DNA of 64,000 nucleotides from Chrysomallon squamiferum. Lineage: Eukaryota; Animalia; Mollusca. The notes under the pieces are model-generated. The model saw only the letters and a program-made list of their open reading frames with translations, was not told the origin of the DNA and searched no databases. Where the stretch lies: assembly GCA_012295275.1 (NCBI GenBank), contig CM022672.1, forward strand, positions 3,658,001 to 3,722,000. The letters run 5' to 3'. Position numbers and translations under genes: made by a program. This document shows, one piece after another, positions 1-24,504 of the stretch (its first letter is position 1; every line of letters begins with the position of its first letter).

Positions 1-747
1 CTTTAATATTGGAGAATTAATAGTTATATACATTATAGCTTTTATATATATTATTTATATATATATATATATATATGTTATTACAGCTAACTGCACAGAT
101 TTGGTAGATACGACCATGTTATGTTACATTTCCGTTGACATTCAGTTAATGTAGAGTAGTTGTATGGAAGTAATTACTGATTAACTGGTTTGACCTATCA
201 GTTTACGCAGGTAAATTACCAATATGGAGCCCTTTCTTACCGATTAATCTTTGAGGTTTTTTTCATGATAAAGAAAGAAAAAACTACATAAGGAAAATAG
301 AAGGCCGAATTAGCATTTATTCTACATTTCGTAATGTCATGAAATATGCCATAACATTAAATGAATGAAATTACAAAATCGATTAAAAAGCTGTCGATGG
401 TAACCTCTCTATCTCTCAAATTTAACGTTGTATTTTGAAAACGGATACCTTTACTACGAATTATGTTCGCTACATAAATTCGAATTAAACAGCTTCATGT
501 ATGTGTTGTCAGTTTCTGTATTATTAAAATAGTTTAATGCCCCACTGTTTGTAGTTCAAAATTGCAAAGTAAATGGGATAGATAGATAGATAAATAGAAT
601 AGAAAAGAATGGAACAGAATAAATGTAAATAGCTAGATAGTTTAAAGAAAGAGAAAAGGAGAGAAAGACAGAGATGTGTACACTGAACGTAGACTTTGAC
701 CACTAAGACAAAGGCCAACAGAGATACAAACTCGTATCCAGAATGTA

Positions 748-1062
748 CAGGAACCGGACCAATTATCCGGCGTCCTGAAATCAGGAAAGACCAGTCAAAC
801 GGAAGTTTTTTCCCGACGCTATTTTCATAGTTCGCGCGCGCAGGTGTTGTCCTCATCAGACCGGAACTACTCTTTCAAGCCGCGTGGCGTTCATTTACTC
901 GCCGCATTGTTTACGTGTTGAGTCGCCGCAGTTGTGTATCGTCAATTTTCTCTATGTTTTTAATTTTAAAATGTTTATGCCTAATTATTTACGTATTTAG
1001 ATGCCTTGGTACCAGAAAACCGGAAAATCCCAAAGGAGTCCGGATAATTGGTCCGGTACCTG
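748..1062. mobile_element. MITE, Tc1/mariner-pogo type, ~29-bp TIRs, TA target-site duplication
   Basis: Left end ta|caggaaccggaccaattatccggcgtcct. Right end aggagtccggataattggtccggtacctg|ta, whose reverse complement caggtaccggaccaattatccggactcct matches the left end at 26/29. TA lies on both sides and there is no transposase ORF. Confidence 0.85.
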
Positions 1063-1771
1063 TATTAAATATTGTGTATTTATTTATTTGACTATTAAAC
1101 CATTTAACCCTCTCTGATGTTTTATATTATGAATGATGATGATGATGATAGTAATAACAATCTTCTTTCTTTTTTTTTTTTTTACATTACGCTTTCTTTT
1201 ATTATTTTTACTTCTTCTTCTTCTTTTATTATTATTACTGTTATTATTATTATTTTTATTATTATTGTCATAATTCGTAACGCCTATAACGCGTAACGAA
1301 ATCGGTTATCGATAACACATTTGTGTGTGTGAGTGCGTGCGTGTGTGTGTGTGTGTGTGTGACATCGTTCAGGTATTTGCATCAGTCTGATTGAAATAAC
1401 AGAAGTGGAAGACGAGATGTAAGAAGGTAATTAATAATACAACACGTTGCAAAAACTTGATTCACTTGTCTCAAACGAATCACCTGATAACAAATTCGAT
1501 AAAACCACCACCGACAGACATGCCAGTGACAGTAACAATAAATGTGTGGATATAAATACATATTGTATATTCAAACATTGCTTTTGTTGCTTATGAAATA
1601 TTGCTGAAATTTTTTTTATGGCATTTTTATATTCTGATTATATTACTTTTTATTGTGCTTAAGCTCCGTGTTAATTAACTTGTACTGTTTACGAAGATGA
1701 GATGTGAAAATGTGAGTGTCTTTGTGTTTTACAGCAGTATGAGGCTGTCAGGGGAACGATGACATTCTGTG

Positions 1772-8815
<7,044 letters not shown>

Positions 8816-9249
8816 TCTCCACTCGTGTAACAGTTTAAACACCTTGAAATGAGATCTTCCTTTATATTTGGAAATTATACAATAAGTCTGAAAATGTTGC
8901 TTCTTACTTAAACATGTGTTTTCTCAACTCTAGAACTGTCATCTAAATTCATTGTGGTTGTTTTACCAAAATATCGAAAATATGAAAGAACGATGAAATA
9001 TTTTGTGCTTTTTTTTTTCTTTTTTTTTTTTAAACTTCTGTTTCATACGTACATTTATTTATTTATTTATTTATTTATTGTCGTAGTGCTGAGAAGTAAT
9101 CTTCTGCGATCATGCTAGTAACATTCAACTAAATTGTGTAGTAAGTAAATATGTATTGTCGTATATAACCGATAACTGTACAAGCTCGCTTTGTTTTAAA
9201 TTTCTTGCCCTTTCCCTTTTTTTTTTTTTTTTTTTTGCATAAACATATT

Positions 9250-9337
<88 letters not shown>

Positions 9338-10184
9338 CGTATAATATAATTATAATTAAGTAATTTTGGTAACGAGTGCTACTGCCCAAACATTTATTTA
9401 CTTATGGTATCTCAGTAATTTCATGGTAAGTGTCAACCGCATCCTGACGCACAAGCCAAATAACCACACGGGCCTATTGTTATAGGAACCTCGCTGTAAT
9501 AATAAAACGGAAATTACAGTGCCTGTTGAAAGATGACAGTGATGACGGATCGTAAATGCTACGGAAATCACACATAATTTTATGTAATTATCTTCTTTCG
9601 TCAAACCATCGATTGAAAAAGAAAAACCGACAGTGAGAATATATACAGTCTCGCTTTCTTATTTATTTATTTATTTACTCACTTGTTTATCTGTGTATTT
9701 GCATTTAGATGCTGATGTTTATCGTAACTTATGATGCAAGGAAATAAAAAGAAGTTGTTTAAAACAATTGTTAGTGTCTGATTTACAAACAGTTATGTAT
9801 GTGTAAGCCTATGTGCGTATACGGATATCTTATCTATCTACATGTCTACGTGTATATAATTACTGCTTTTTTTGTTTGCCCTGAGTATACATGCTTCAGT
9901 TTTATTATTTCCAAATGGATTTACAATGTTTATATTATAAAATGAGCACTTGTAAGAAGGTGTGAAAACAATATAATAAAAAATTATTATTTTTATTTTC
10001 TCTCCAACAGAAACCGACAACTTTTACGACAACATCGCCGTTTCACACCCACGTCCTTCCTTTTTAAACAGAAGAACGAGTTTCAGGGGACGTAATTCAA
10101 ATAGTTCATTTCTGGATATCTGATTATAAATCAATAAAGAATACATATATTCTCTTTCAATTACCAATTTAAAAAACCTATCTT

Positions 10185-10216
<32 letters not shown>

Positions 10217-10644
10217 TTTTTTTTGTGACTATTTATGGGTTTTTTCCCAGAAATATTCTCTGTGCGTCTTGATATTCTTTCTATTGATCTTTCTTCACTA
10301 TAAATATTTTATTGCCGGTTCGCCTTACCTTTCAAACAAGGAGTTGTCAAGTTCGATATCGTTCGCTTATTTCTTGCTTTAGGACATTGAGATAATGTTT
10401 CTAAAGATTACCGATTATCAATATTTTCGACATATTCAATAACATGCGGAATTCTTCTTTTATTTTCTTCATTTATCTTATCCTTTGTAAAAAAAAAGAA
10501 AGAAAGTTGTTTGAATATTTTTAATATAATTTGGTATATACATGTGTGTATATATGTATGTGTGTGTGTATGTATATGTGTGTATATGTATGAATGTATC
10601 TGAGTATGTATGTATGTATGTAAATATATATGTATATTTACCTA

Positions 10645-10750
<106 letters not shown>

Positions 10751-11264
10751 CAATATAAAGAATAAAAGAACGATCTATCATTACAAATAGTATAACACTT
10801 TATACTTAGTTTCGGCAGCTTTACCCTGTGTGACCCAGATCTCGGTAATTTGGGAGATTGTGCGATTTCCACGCTCTGTTAATGACTAAGTCCTCTTTAC
10901 CTTTTGAACAAAGAGTTGTACGTGTACATTGTAACGTGCAGCCAAATAACCGCTCACCCATTACAGCCTCCCGTGCAACAAGATCACCCCTGTATCATTC
11001 AAACTGTCACAGCATTTTTCTGAGTTCTGTTCACGCGTGGAGGCGTGTGTGTCTTCGAAAATTAAAGTGCACAGATAAAATATATATTTATGTAAAAACT
11101 AAGTAGACTTCTCTAAAAAAAAAAAAAAAAAAAAAAAAGTAAAGAAAAAGAAGATAGCATGTTTTCTAAAGTGATATATTTAGGAAAGAATATAAATTAT
11201 TTTATATGTATATTAATAAATTAACCGGTTGAAACATACATACATACATACATGCATATCTATG

Positions 11265-11345
<81 letters not shown>

Positions 11346-11464
11346 GTATATATATTACTTTTCTGACGAAACAAAATGATATAGTCTTAACATATCATCT
11401 TAAAGAAACAATTATGGGATGTAATTAAAGTTGTTCATATTTGAAAGAAAGAAACTGCTTTAGT

Positions 11465-11660
11465 ACAGTGTTTCCTGTTTATGGGAAGGTGCATATAACA
11501 GTTCCCTTGCTACTAATCCACAAGAAGAATCCATGGAGTGGCTTCTCAGGTTTCCTTTCTTAATATCAGGTTTCCTCTCTTAATATCATTTTTAATCATG
11601 AAAATTTATGTATGACAATACATATCAACAGCTAATTAATATTAGAATGTCTTCATGTGT
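11465..11660 (+). mobile_element. Degraded SINE core fragment (Meta-domain-like)
   Basis: tcctgtttatgggaaggtgcatataacagttcccttgctactaat...ggtttcctctct resembles, from memory, the conserved central domain of invertebrate MetaSINE-type elements. No intact tRNA head is visible and this was not verified by search. Confidence 0.4.
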
Positions 11661-12370
11661 TGTTCAATACATTCATTTTTGACATAACCCTATCATCTCT
11701 TTCCTTATTTTCAAGATCATAACGATCGTAAAACTAAGGCGTAGAAAAGCTGACCATTAGTACATCTGATATCTTCAGACTTCGTTCTAGATAACATCGT
11801 AAGAAGGGTTTTACCCTGCTAAATAAAAGTTTATATTTGTTATTCAGAAAATAGCATCTCTATTCTAATATCCAGAAGTATAAAAGCAAACTGAAAGCAT
11901 AATCCCTTTCCATATCAAACACTATTTTAATTATCTTTAAATGTCAGTCCATAGCTGTAGGCGTTTATTGATAATCCTTTCTTTTATGATTATATTTTTT
12001 TATTTATTTTAAACATCTGCTTTAAAAATTATTTTCGCGAAGACTGATGTTGCACACGAGTGTTATACTGAGTACATGTACACCAAGCTAAAATAATTCC
12101 TTCGACGCAGTTGAATGTGAACTGAAAATGATCTTGTTTACGTTACTAATAAAATATGTTAAAATATGTCTGGCAGAAAATGCAAACACTTTAAAAAATA
12201 AATATACATGTATTATACTTTTGAACCAATGGGTGTAGTAGATTCCTCAACGTAATGTGAAATAGCCAGTTTCGTCGATCATTTTTTTTTTTTAAATAAT
12301 CTTTTCACTTAAATTAATTACTAAAATAAATCTTTGAGAAGGGGACATTCTCGGGTATATCTTTGTGGTT

Positions 12371-15676
<3,306 letters not shown>

Positions 15677-17399
15677 ATTGGATACTTCTGTTGAAAATGA
15701 GTAATTATTAATTATTAATAAACAATAATAATAAATTACACTTAACAATGTGGAATATAATCTTTTTTTTTTTTTTTTTTTTGAAATTCGGATTTGCAAA
15801 AAATATATTAAGGAAGATTATCATAAAACTTTCACAGAATTAAGGTTAGCTATAGTTACAAATAATATATATAAATGGGTAATTATGTAAAAACATTTTA
15901 GGAATATTTCATAAATTTTATTTAGTTTAAATAGATAATAATTCATGGTGTCTAAAATATACTAATCAAATTTATTTACACACGATAAAATTTTCACACA
16001 TCATCATGTAATTTACTCAGTCTTGAAAAGTTTATGAATAATATACATTGCTATTAAATGAAAAAAAAAACAAAAAACAATTGGCTGATTTTCAATAAAG
16101 GCTGTATTTCAGAATTAACACATTTTTTGACATCCAAACATGGGTACATCTACAAAATAAACCCCAACAAAACCTCGCCTGTGGCAAGTACTGACATTGA
16201 ACCATGTCAAAGCAGCTACACTCATCTTTACCATAAAATCGGCATTAACACATCAGTTATATTTAACAGAAAGCAGCACCTATTTCATGTCATATCTTAG
16301 GTATGCCACTGCTTCCAAAGAACAATGGTAGAACACTAATTAATATATTGTAGTAATGTTTACTGTTTTTACAGAGGCTGTGGTCAACACTTTTCTGTAT
16401 ATTATATGTCATGACTTGTTGCAAATCATTAAGAACCATTGGTACATGAAACAGCAGTTGACAGAAAGTTTGTTCTCTTGTATAAAAATTTACTTTTAAT
16501 TTATTACCTTTTAGGTAAAAAAATAACAACAAAAACAAAACAATGATAATATTTTTTTTATTAAAAATGTATTACCTACTATAATAGAGAAAATAACATC
16601 AGAAAAATAAAATATATATCACAGTAGAATGACAACATTAAGTAGTATATCATGTACAAAATGTAGATAAAAATATATATAAAATAATATATACTGATCA
16701 AATGTAAATTGTATATATATATATATATGCGTATGACTGTACATACATTTTGGCATTTTTACATTGTTATATGTATGATGTCTATTTGCCTAGAACTTTC
16801 AGTTGTCAGATTCAAAAGTTTCAGTGAACATAAAATTATTGAAAAAAATTATTATATGGATATTTTTCATGACTGTATATAATAAACAGATTTTATAAAA
16901 AGGAAAATGGGCAAAACATATTACTGATAGCTGAATAAATATAATTTTCATACCATCTGCTAAGATTGAATAGAATAAATATATTTAATTGGCTTCAATA
17001 ACAGTAATAATAAGTATTTAACACTGTTTGTATGTCTCTATTCAAAAACTAAAACAATTTTTTTTTTGTCTATAAATAACAGTAATTTAATACAGAATAT
17101 TTCTAATAAACATAATAAAATAATACAAAACTGTTTAACTAATAAGAGAAATATTCATTGATTATATAAAAATAAGTACTCCTTTATCAAAATTCTAAAA
17201 ATAATAAAGTATTATATTCACTGACAGAGTAAAAATATACTATTGAATGTCTGTACACAAATATAAACCATTAAAAGCATTGTAAGTAGAATAAAAAATT
17301 GATGTTCATATAAAAATAAGCTATTAAAAATCACTAATCATGAATAAATTTAAATTCTTTAATTGTAGATAATAAAATGTAAGTTGTTTAGTAACTAGC

Positions 17400-17910
17400 C
17401 ATATAAAAATGACAGTATTAAAAAACTATTAAAATAAATGACAGTATTTTAATAAAACTATTAAAACCAATGACAATATAAAATTATGAACTATTAAAGT
17501 AAATGACAGTATCAAAATAACTATTAAAATCAATGACAGCATAAAAATAAAAACTATTAATATCACTGAGAGTATTTTAATAAAACTATTAAAATCAATA
17601 ATATATAAATAAGAATTATTAAAATGAATGACAGGTTGAAAATAAATATTTTTAAAATCACTGACAGTATTTTAACAAAAAATATTAAATTACACATTGA
17701 AAATAAAAACTATTAAAATCACTAACAGTATTTTAATAAAAACTTAAAATCAATGACAATATAAAATATAAACTATTAAAATAAATGACAGTATAAAAAT
17801 AAAAACTTAAAATAAATGACAATATAAAAATAAAAACTATTAAAAATCACTGACAGTATAAAATATAAACTATTAAAATCACTGACAATATAAAAATAAA
17901 AACTGTTACA
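17400..17910. repeat. AT-rich ~30-32-bp degenerate minisatellite immediately 3' of the NACHT-WD40 stop codon
   Basis: Recurring unit aaactattaaaatcactgacagtat(aaaaat), roughly 15 degenerate copies. Confidence 0.8.
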
Positions 17911-17971
17911 ATCACAGTACTGCTTGCAGGTAGAGAGCCTAATTCTTGTGAAGAAAACTTTACAAATATAA

Positions 17972-20900
17972 TCAGAGAATATCGCACACTGATGTTGTCT
18001 CACTTTTAACCTTTTGTGCTGAGAAGCTCAGAGCCAAAGACTGGGCTTTCTTCACTGGATCAGGAATCGCCTTCACATAGCTGCCATCCACCATAGACTT
18101 CAGAACAGTGTTCGGTTCTAAGACCGACACCACGGCTGTGATTTCTGGTCCGTAGGCAATGTAAGACAGATCGCTGGCCACATCCAGAACATCCAGGTGA
18201 CAGTGGGCCAGGAAAACACACACAGAAACTCTTTCGTCCATGTTCCAAATCACAATCATCTTGTCTCGACCCGAAGTCACCATAAACCGACCGTCCGTGG
18301 TAAATTTTATGTTGACCACAAAGTCGTTGTGTCTGGTCAGCTTACATTCCAGATGACCGTCATGCATGTCCCAGACATAAATTGACCGATAGCCAGCAGT
18401 CAGGAGAGAGTGATTGTTGGGAGCGAATGCCAAGGTTATTACAGACGATTGCTGGTTTAAGCGGAAGAGATATTTGCCTGTTTGAACAGAAATAACTCTG
18501 GTTGTGCCGTCGCTTGAACCTGCAGCTGCCAGGCTGTCATCTGAGTTGATTGCCATGGATATACAGGAATACATCATGGTGTCTGAATGTTCAATGTCAG
18601 GATTGTCAGTTCCATGATCTTCAACATTTAATATCACAGGGTAGTCAAAGAGAGTGACACACATCTGGAAATCATGTAAACAAAACATATTTATTTATCA
18701 CAGGATTTGTGTATAGTTGAAGTGCATTGTTGTGAAAGAAATTAACCAGCTATCTGGATATATATATGTGTGTGTGTATGTGTACATATACATTCTTTGA
18801 AACATTGCTAACAAAAAATATTATTTTGATATTCATAGATATTTTTGTTTTCTGTCTGATATAAAAGAAAAAAGTATAAATGGTGAAAATGTTAACTTTC
18901 GAAGAGTTTTATTTATTTATTAATCATTGCCAACTTCTGTGCATGTTATTTTACAGTTACACTTTATTATAATTAAAGATTAGTGGTCTGGTTATATAAA
19001 AATGAATAAAAATCATTGAAAAATTTATGGGGGACTTTATAACATAACTTGTTACATTACGATTATACTTTATTATTGTTTGAGTTATAAAAAATATAAT
19101 TATTTAGTCTATTGGTTTAAATTATATCAAATAATTTTTAATGTAATAAAATATAATTATAATTTTTTTTGTTTTCTGACCTTTGTTCCTGAGCTGTTTA
19201 TGGCAACTTTTGAGAGAGAATACAGGAATTCAAAATCACGGATTTTGGTTCCTGGAAGAATAAAGTTTAAATTTTTTCATTTTCATTTAAACTTAAAGGT
19301 AAAGAAAATGGTTAGAATATTAATTATGCAGATTTGTGACCAAGATGATATTCAAATCTTCAAGTTTTAGTTAATGAACTTTAATAATATTAACAAAATA
19401 GACAGGAGAATAAAATAATGTTACATACATATTACATAATAAAAAATTAAAATCAGTCCCACATATGAAATTAAACAATATTATCAATTACATAATTAAA
19501 AACTGTTTCTGCAACATAAAAAATTTGTTAGATATAAAATTTGTTTTAAAATATGTAGTGAATAAACCTGTCTCTAGGTTCCATATTCTTCCTTTGGCCT
19601 CCATTCCTGATGTCCCAGCAACCAAAACATTGCCTCCTTCAGCCATGCTAGCAATCTTACCACGACCTTCCAGTCTGTACAGCAGTTTGTCTGTATTTTA
19701 AAAAAACAGTGTGTATATACACTGAATTATTTTTAGAGATATTTACAGCAAGGATGCTGTTGATAGATTCTCACTAATATACCTTCCACACCATTTAGTA
19801 CCCAAAAAACTGAACCAATATTAATTTATGTAATTCATTTGGAATAGTGAAAGATCTAAGAACAATTATTAGCAGTTCTGATTGAAAATATATGTCTGAA
19901 GTTTTGAAAATACTATTTGAAATCTATTTAAAACTTAAAAGACACAGTTAATTATGTTTATTCATAAATAATTAAAAGGAATGCAATTTTTTGTTGAATT
20001 ATTATTATTATTATTATTTTTTTAATGATGTCCATAAATGAAAGAAATAACAATTAGTGTGAATCATCAGTACCTGATGAAGTGTCCAGTACAATGATTT
20101 CTTGACCAGACATGACACACAGATACTGGTCATTCTTTGACAGAAGCATCTCACTGGCTGGATCATCTAAAGAAACATCAAGTACCACCATACTCTTGTC
20201 CTTGAGATTCCTTTTCAGTAGAAACCTTTCAGCAGTTGCCATGTACAGGACTCCATGTTTGCTATTCAGAAAATAAAACCAGGGTTTTCATTACAGCATG
20301 GACAGTTGTGTGAAATGTTGATGTTCGTTTTGATTATTGATAATTAATCTAATGATTTGGGATTTTTTTTTTTTTTTTTTTTAATCATGGCTGTTATGAT
20401 TATTAATAATTTTAATTTAATTTCAGTTCAATATTTTTTCAAATTCATATAATATGTGAATAATATGTTATTTTTTAAATAATGTTTGAAAAGATACGCT
20501 CAAAATGAATTGATTTTGTTAGAATTATTCAGTCATGCAGAAATCAGACTGAGATGGTCAGTGTGTTTTTTTTTTTGTGTACGTGTGAAGTATAAAGGAT
20601 CATTTATTTTTTATTTTTTATTATTTTTTTGGTGTGGGCTTACTGAAAACATAAAGAAAAACAACTCCTTTAAATGTTACATCTGAGCTGAATTAATATA
20701 GCTAGAATTAATTAATATTCAAGAAATTACCTTGAAATTATAAGTGATAAAGTCTTTCCTAATCTTTCAACAGCTGAATCCTCATCCATCTTCTCTAATT
20801 TCATCTGTAGGTCTTTAACATCAACTTTCTTTTTGTTACCATAACAACTTACTCTTTCTGGTGAAGCAGCGTTTTTGTTTTTGATATCATCCATTATCTT

Positions 20901-23900
20901 CTTAAAGTTCCACAGTTTGATGGAGTTATCTTCAGCAGCAGACAACATCACGTTCTCATTTGATGATATAATTATTTGCAGAACGCCTTGGCTGTGGCCA
21001 GACATCTGGAACATCAATTCTGCTTTCGCCCTCAGAGATGTTCTCAGACCCACAGACATGATGTAGATGTGGGGATCGTGACTGACAGCCGCCACAACAA
21101 AGAGCTCTTCTTCGCCACAAAACTTCAGATCTGAGTACGGACCGTTTACACAGTTACAGACCGACACGACGCGTCTTGTAGACAACTCAGTCACTGTAGC
21201 GTTTTTCTTCATGTCAGTGTTGATGACGACGCTAGCAGACGTACCGTACAAAACAAACTCTTCTTTCTTGTCCAGCTCGACCAGGTCCATCTGATAGTGA
21301 GTGCTGTTACTTTTACATATGCCCAGCTGATCTCCCGAAGGCAGCTGGTAACAGAAGAGAAGTGATGATGAAGTGTACGACCATCCTCTGTGAATGTAAA
21401 TATTGCTGGTTGTGATCATGCAGTTTCTCTTGTTCGGAGCAAAATTTTCGAAACTCTGAACGTCCTTCCCACTTTCCGCTAGTGTCTTCAGTTTGTCACC
21501 TGTCTTTGTTTCCCACAGCAACTGTTTGTATTTAGTGGAGATGGTTATAACATACTGCTCATTAGGTGATATGATTAAGTGGCCTATTTTATCTTCTGTG
21601 TTGAGGCTGTGCTTGTTGGTAAAACTGTTGGATTTGTCAAAATGTGCAATATTTACAGAATTATCTGAAATCATTTAAACATGTAGTTGTACTAACTGAA
21701 ATATTAAAGATTTAAAGGCTTGTTTGCTCTATGAAAAAAAAAAAAAAGCAGATAAAAAAAAAATTATTTTAAAAAAAAGGATAAAGAACATATTTAGTAC
21801 AGAATAAAGTTAAATTCATTTTAATATTATAAATTAATGTTAAATTTTTCAAAGAATGGTAGAATTTGCATGTGAAGCAATTATATAACACAGCATCTAG
21901 TTCAATAAACAATCAAATAAATGCCTAATAGAGAAGTATATATACATACATATATATATATACATGCATACACTAAGACAGAGGGCAACAGAATATAAAC
22001 AGTTTTGGACAAGCTCGAATCCAGAACATATCAAATATTGTGGTTAATTTATTCCTTTAACCCTCTCTGATGTTTTATATAATGAATGATGATGTTGATG
22101 ACATTAATAAAAACAAATCTTTTTTTCTTTTTCTTTAAATCTTGTGAAGAGTTAATGTGATGAGGAATTAACTAAGTAAATTCTGTACCTTTGCCATACA
22201 CAAGGAATTTTCCACTGTTGCTGACATTCATCACAGTTGAGCCAACAGTAAGAGCCACTGGGGTGGATGATGTTGTACCCTCAAACATCTCACAGTGATA
22301 CTCAGGACTGTATTTGTCCATTTTGTCATACACCTGAAGCAGAAGGAACCTAGAAGCAGACAATATCAGTAAGAACATATTTTTACCTGAACAAAGTGTT
22401 TGTTTTGTAACCAAGCAGAAGGAAAATTTCTAAGAAATGAAGTACATCTGTTTCTTAAGAATTTAATGATCATGATGAAATGATTTTCATTTCACAGAAA
22501 AAAACACATCTACAAGAAAAGAAAAACATGTATATTTACCGATTGTTTCCCACCAGATCCACAGCTCGAACATTGAAAGGAAGTTCATTAATCTGAATAC
22601 AAGTGATATTGTCCTGAACCTCATAAACATGCAGGTTGTCATGACGACTATGTGACTGTTGCTGAATCACAATCAGCTTCTGTTCATTTTCATCAAAAAC
22701 CATGCAGTTGTTAAAATCACGATCAGATCCTTAAAACAAAACAGACAGTCAGTAGTTGAATATTGTTAAAGTGCATCTCTCGTAGTAATACCAACAAATG
22801 GTTGAATGAAATTCTTTTACTGCCAAATAATTATTTTACAGTTATGGATGATCTACCACCACTCTCAGCAAAGAATGACAATAAAAAAATATTACAAAAC
22901 ATTTTAACAAAACACTACTCTTTTTTCATGATGTCCATATTTTTTTCATTTTATTATATTTTGATGGAAAATGAAGATGCCACAATATATTTTTCTCCTT
23001 TTTCTTTTATTATATTTTGTTTTTACTCAAGACTTATCATAAAAGAATATTTGAATTCATAACTTAGAAATAAGCAGAATATATTTAGACTGTTCCTTCA
23101 CATCCCCAAAAGGTGCACATTAATCAATACTTTATCATCATTTGACATTATTAATACTATACAGAAGACACTTTCTGTTTTTAAGGTACATGAAATAAAA
23201 TTACCATCTGGTTACAGAAACTAAACATGTCTGCCAATACTGAGAGTCTCATATTTAGAAGTTTAATAAAAGGAAAAAGCCACAGTTATGGTAACTCTAA
23301 TATATCTGTTGATGCTATAATTTAAAATCTTTATTAGTCCTTGACACCAATGGATCTAACATCCATCCAGTATTAATTACAAAATTTTATTTTTCATAAA
23401 ATGGAAATGTGACCTTGAATATGGACATCCACGTTTACTGATGACATCAAAACTCCACCAGGACGAGGCAGACAGACATTCTGTGGTACAAGCTGAGGGT
23501 TGTCATTGGTTACCAGCCAGTCATGTGCATCTCTGAACATGGTTAACAGGTGTGATGAGGTAATCACATCAACATCAATCTGGCCCACTATCTACAAAGT
23601 TAAGTTATTTTATTATTTGTTTGATATTACTGAACCAGCAGTTTTATTTTTTTTTTTTTTTTTCCAAACATAGAGTGTCTTCATATGTATTTATTTAAAA
23701 TAGGTAGTTTGAAATTAGTGTCATTTTAATGAATATATGGAAAAAGTCTGTTTCTGGCTTTTACAAATACAGTGTAGTAATTAAAGATTTTAAACAGATA
23801 TTAAGAATGTAAATGTTATACATAGATGTGAACTGGAATTTAGCAAAATATAATGACATTTTATTAAGACACACTCAAGTTTCAATGAATTTGATTATAA

Positions 23901-24459
23901 ATTAATAGCAAAACAACAACAAAATATCAAACAACAAAAACATCAGATGAGCAAGAAAAAGAATCCAAAAGAAATACACAGTAGGAAAAAAATAATAATA
24001 ATAATAATAAAAACTGAAGATTATAAACTGAATAAGTCCTTTCTGGGTCCAGTTTTGATGCATCAATGAATTAATCCAGATATTTATTAAAATATTTAAA
24101 ATTTTAACAATTACCTGAACTGCAAGATTCCTCGTATCTTTTCTAATGCTGTCAGTGCCTAAAGCCAGCAAGTCAGAAATAAACTTGATGTCATCTCGAA
24201 TCTCATCTTCGACTGTCAGACTCTCCAGTGCCATCCTGATGTCTTCTATCACAGCAGACACTGACAAAGACTTGCATTTAGCAAACATCCACTGGAAACT
24301 ACAAGCAGTCTCTCTGCAAAAATAACATAATTTTTTTTTTTCTTAATTAAAAAATGTGGATTTTCAGAAATTGTTTAAAGGAATTATAGTGCTCCCCTAA
24401 TTCAATCCTTTTGGTTTTTCTTTATGTGACTATACGTTTTGGCTTTCTTCTTATTTATT

Positions 24460-24504
<45 letters not shown>

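Noticed and set aside
524-856. 110-aa minus-strand ORF overlapping the first MITE
   Set aside because: No transposase or other motifs, and it crosses the element boundary into low-complexity flank.
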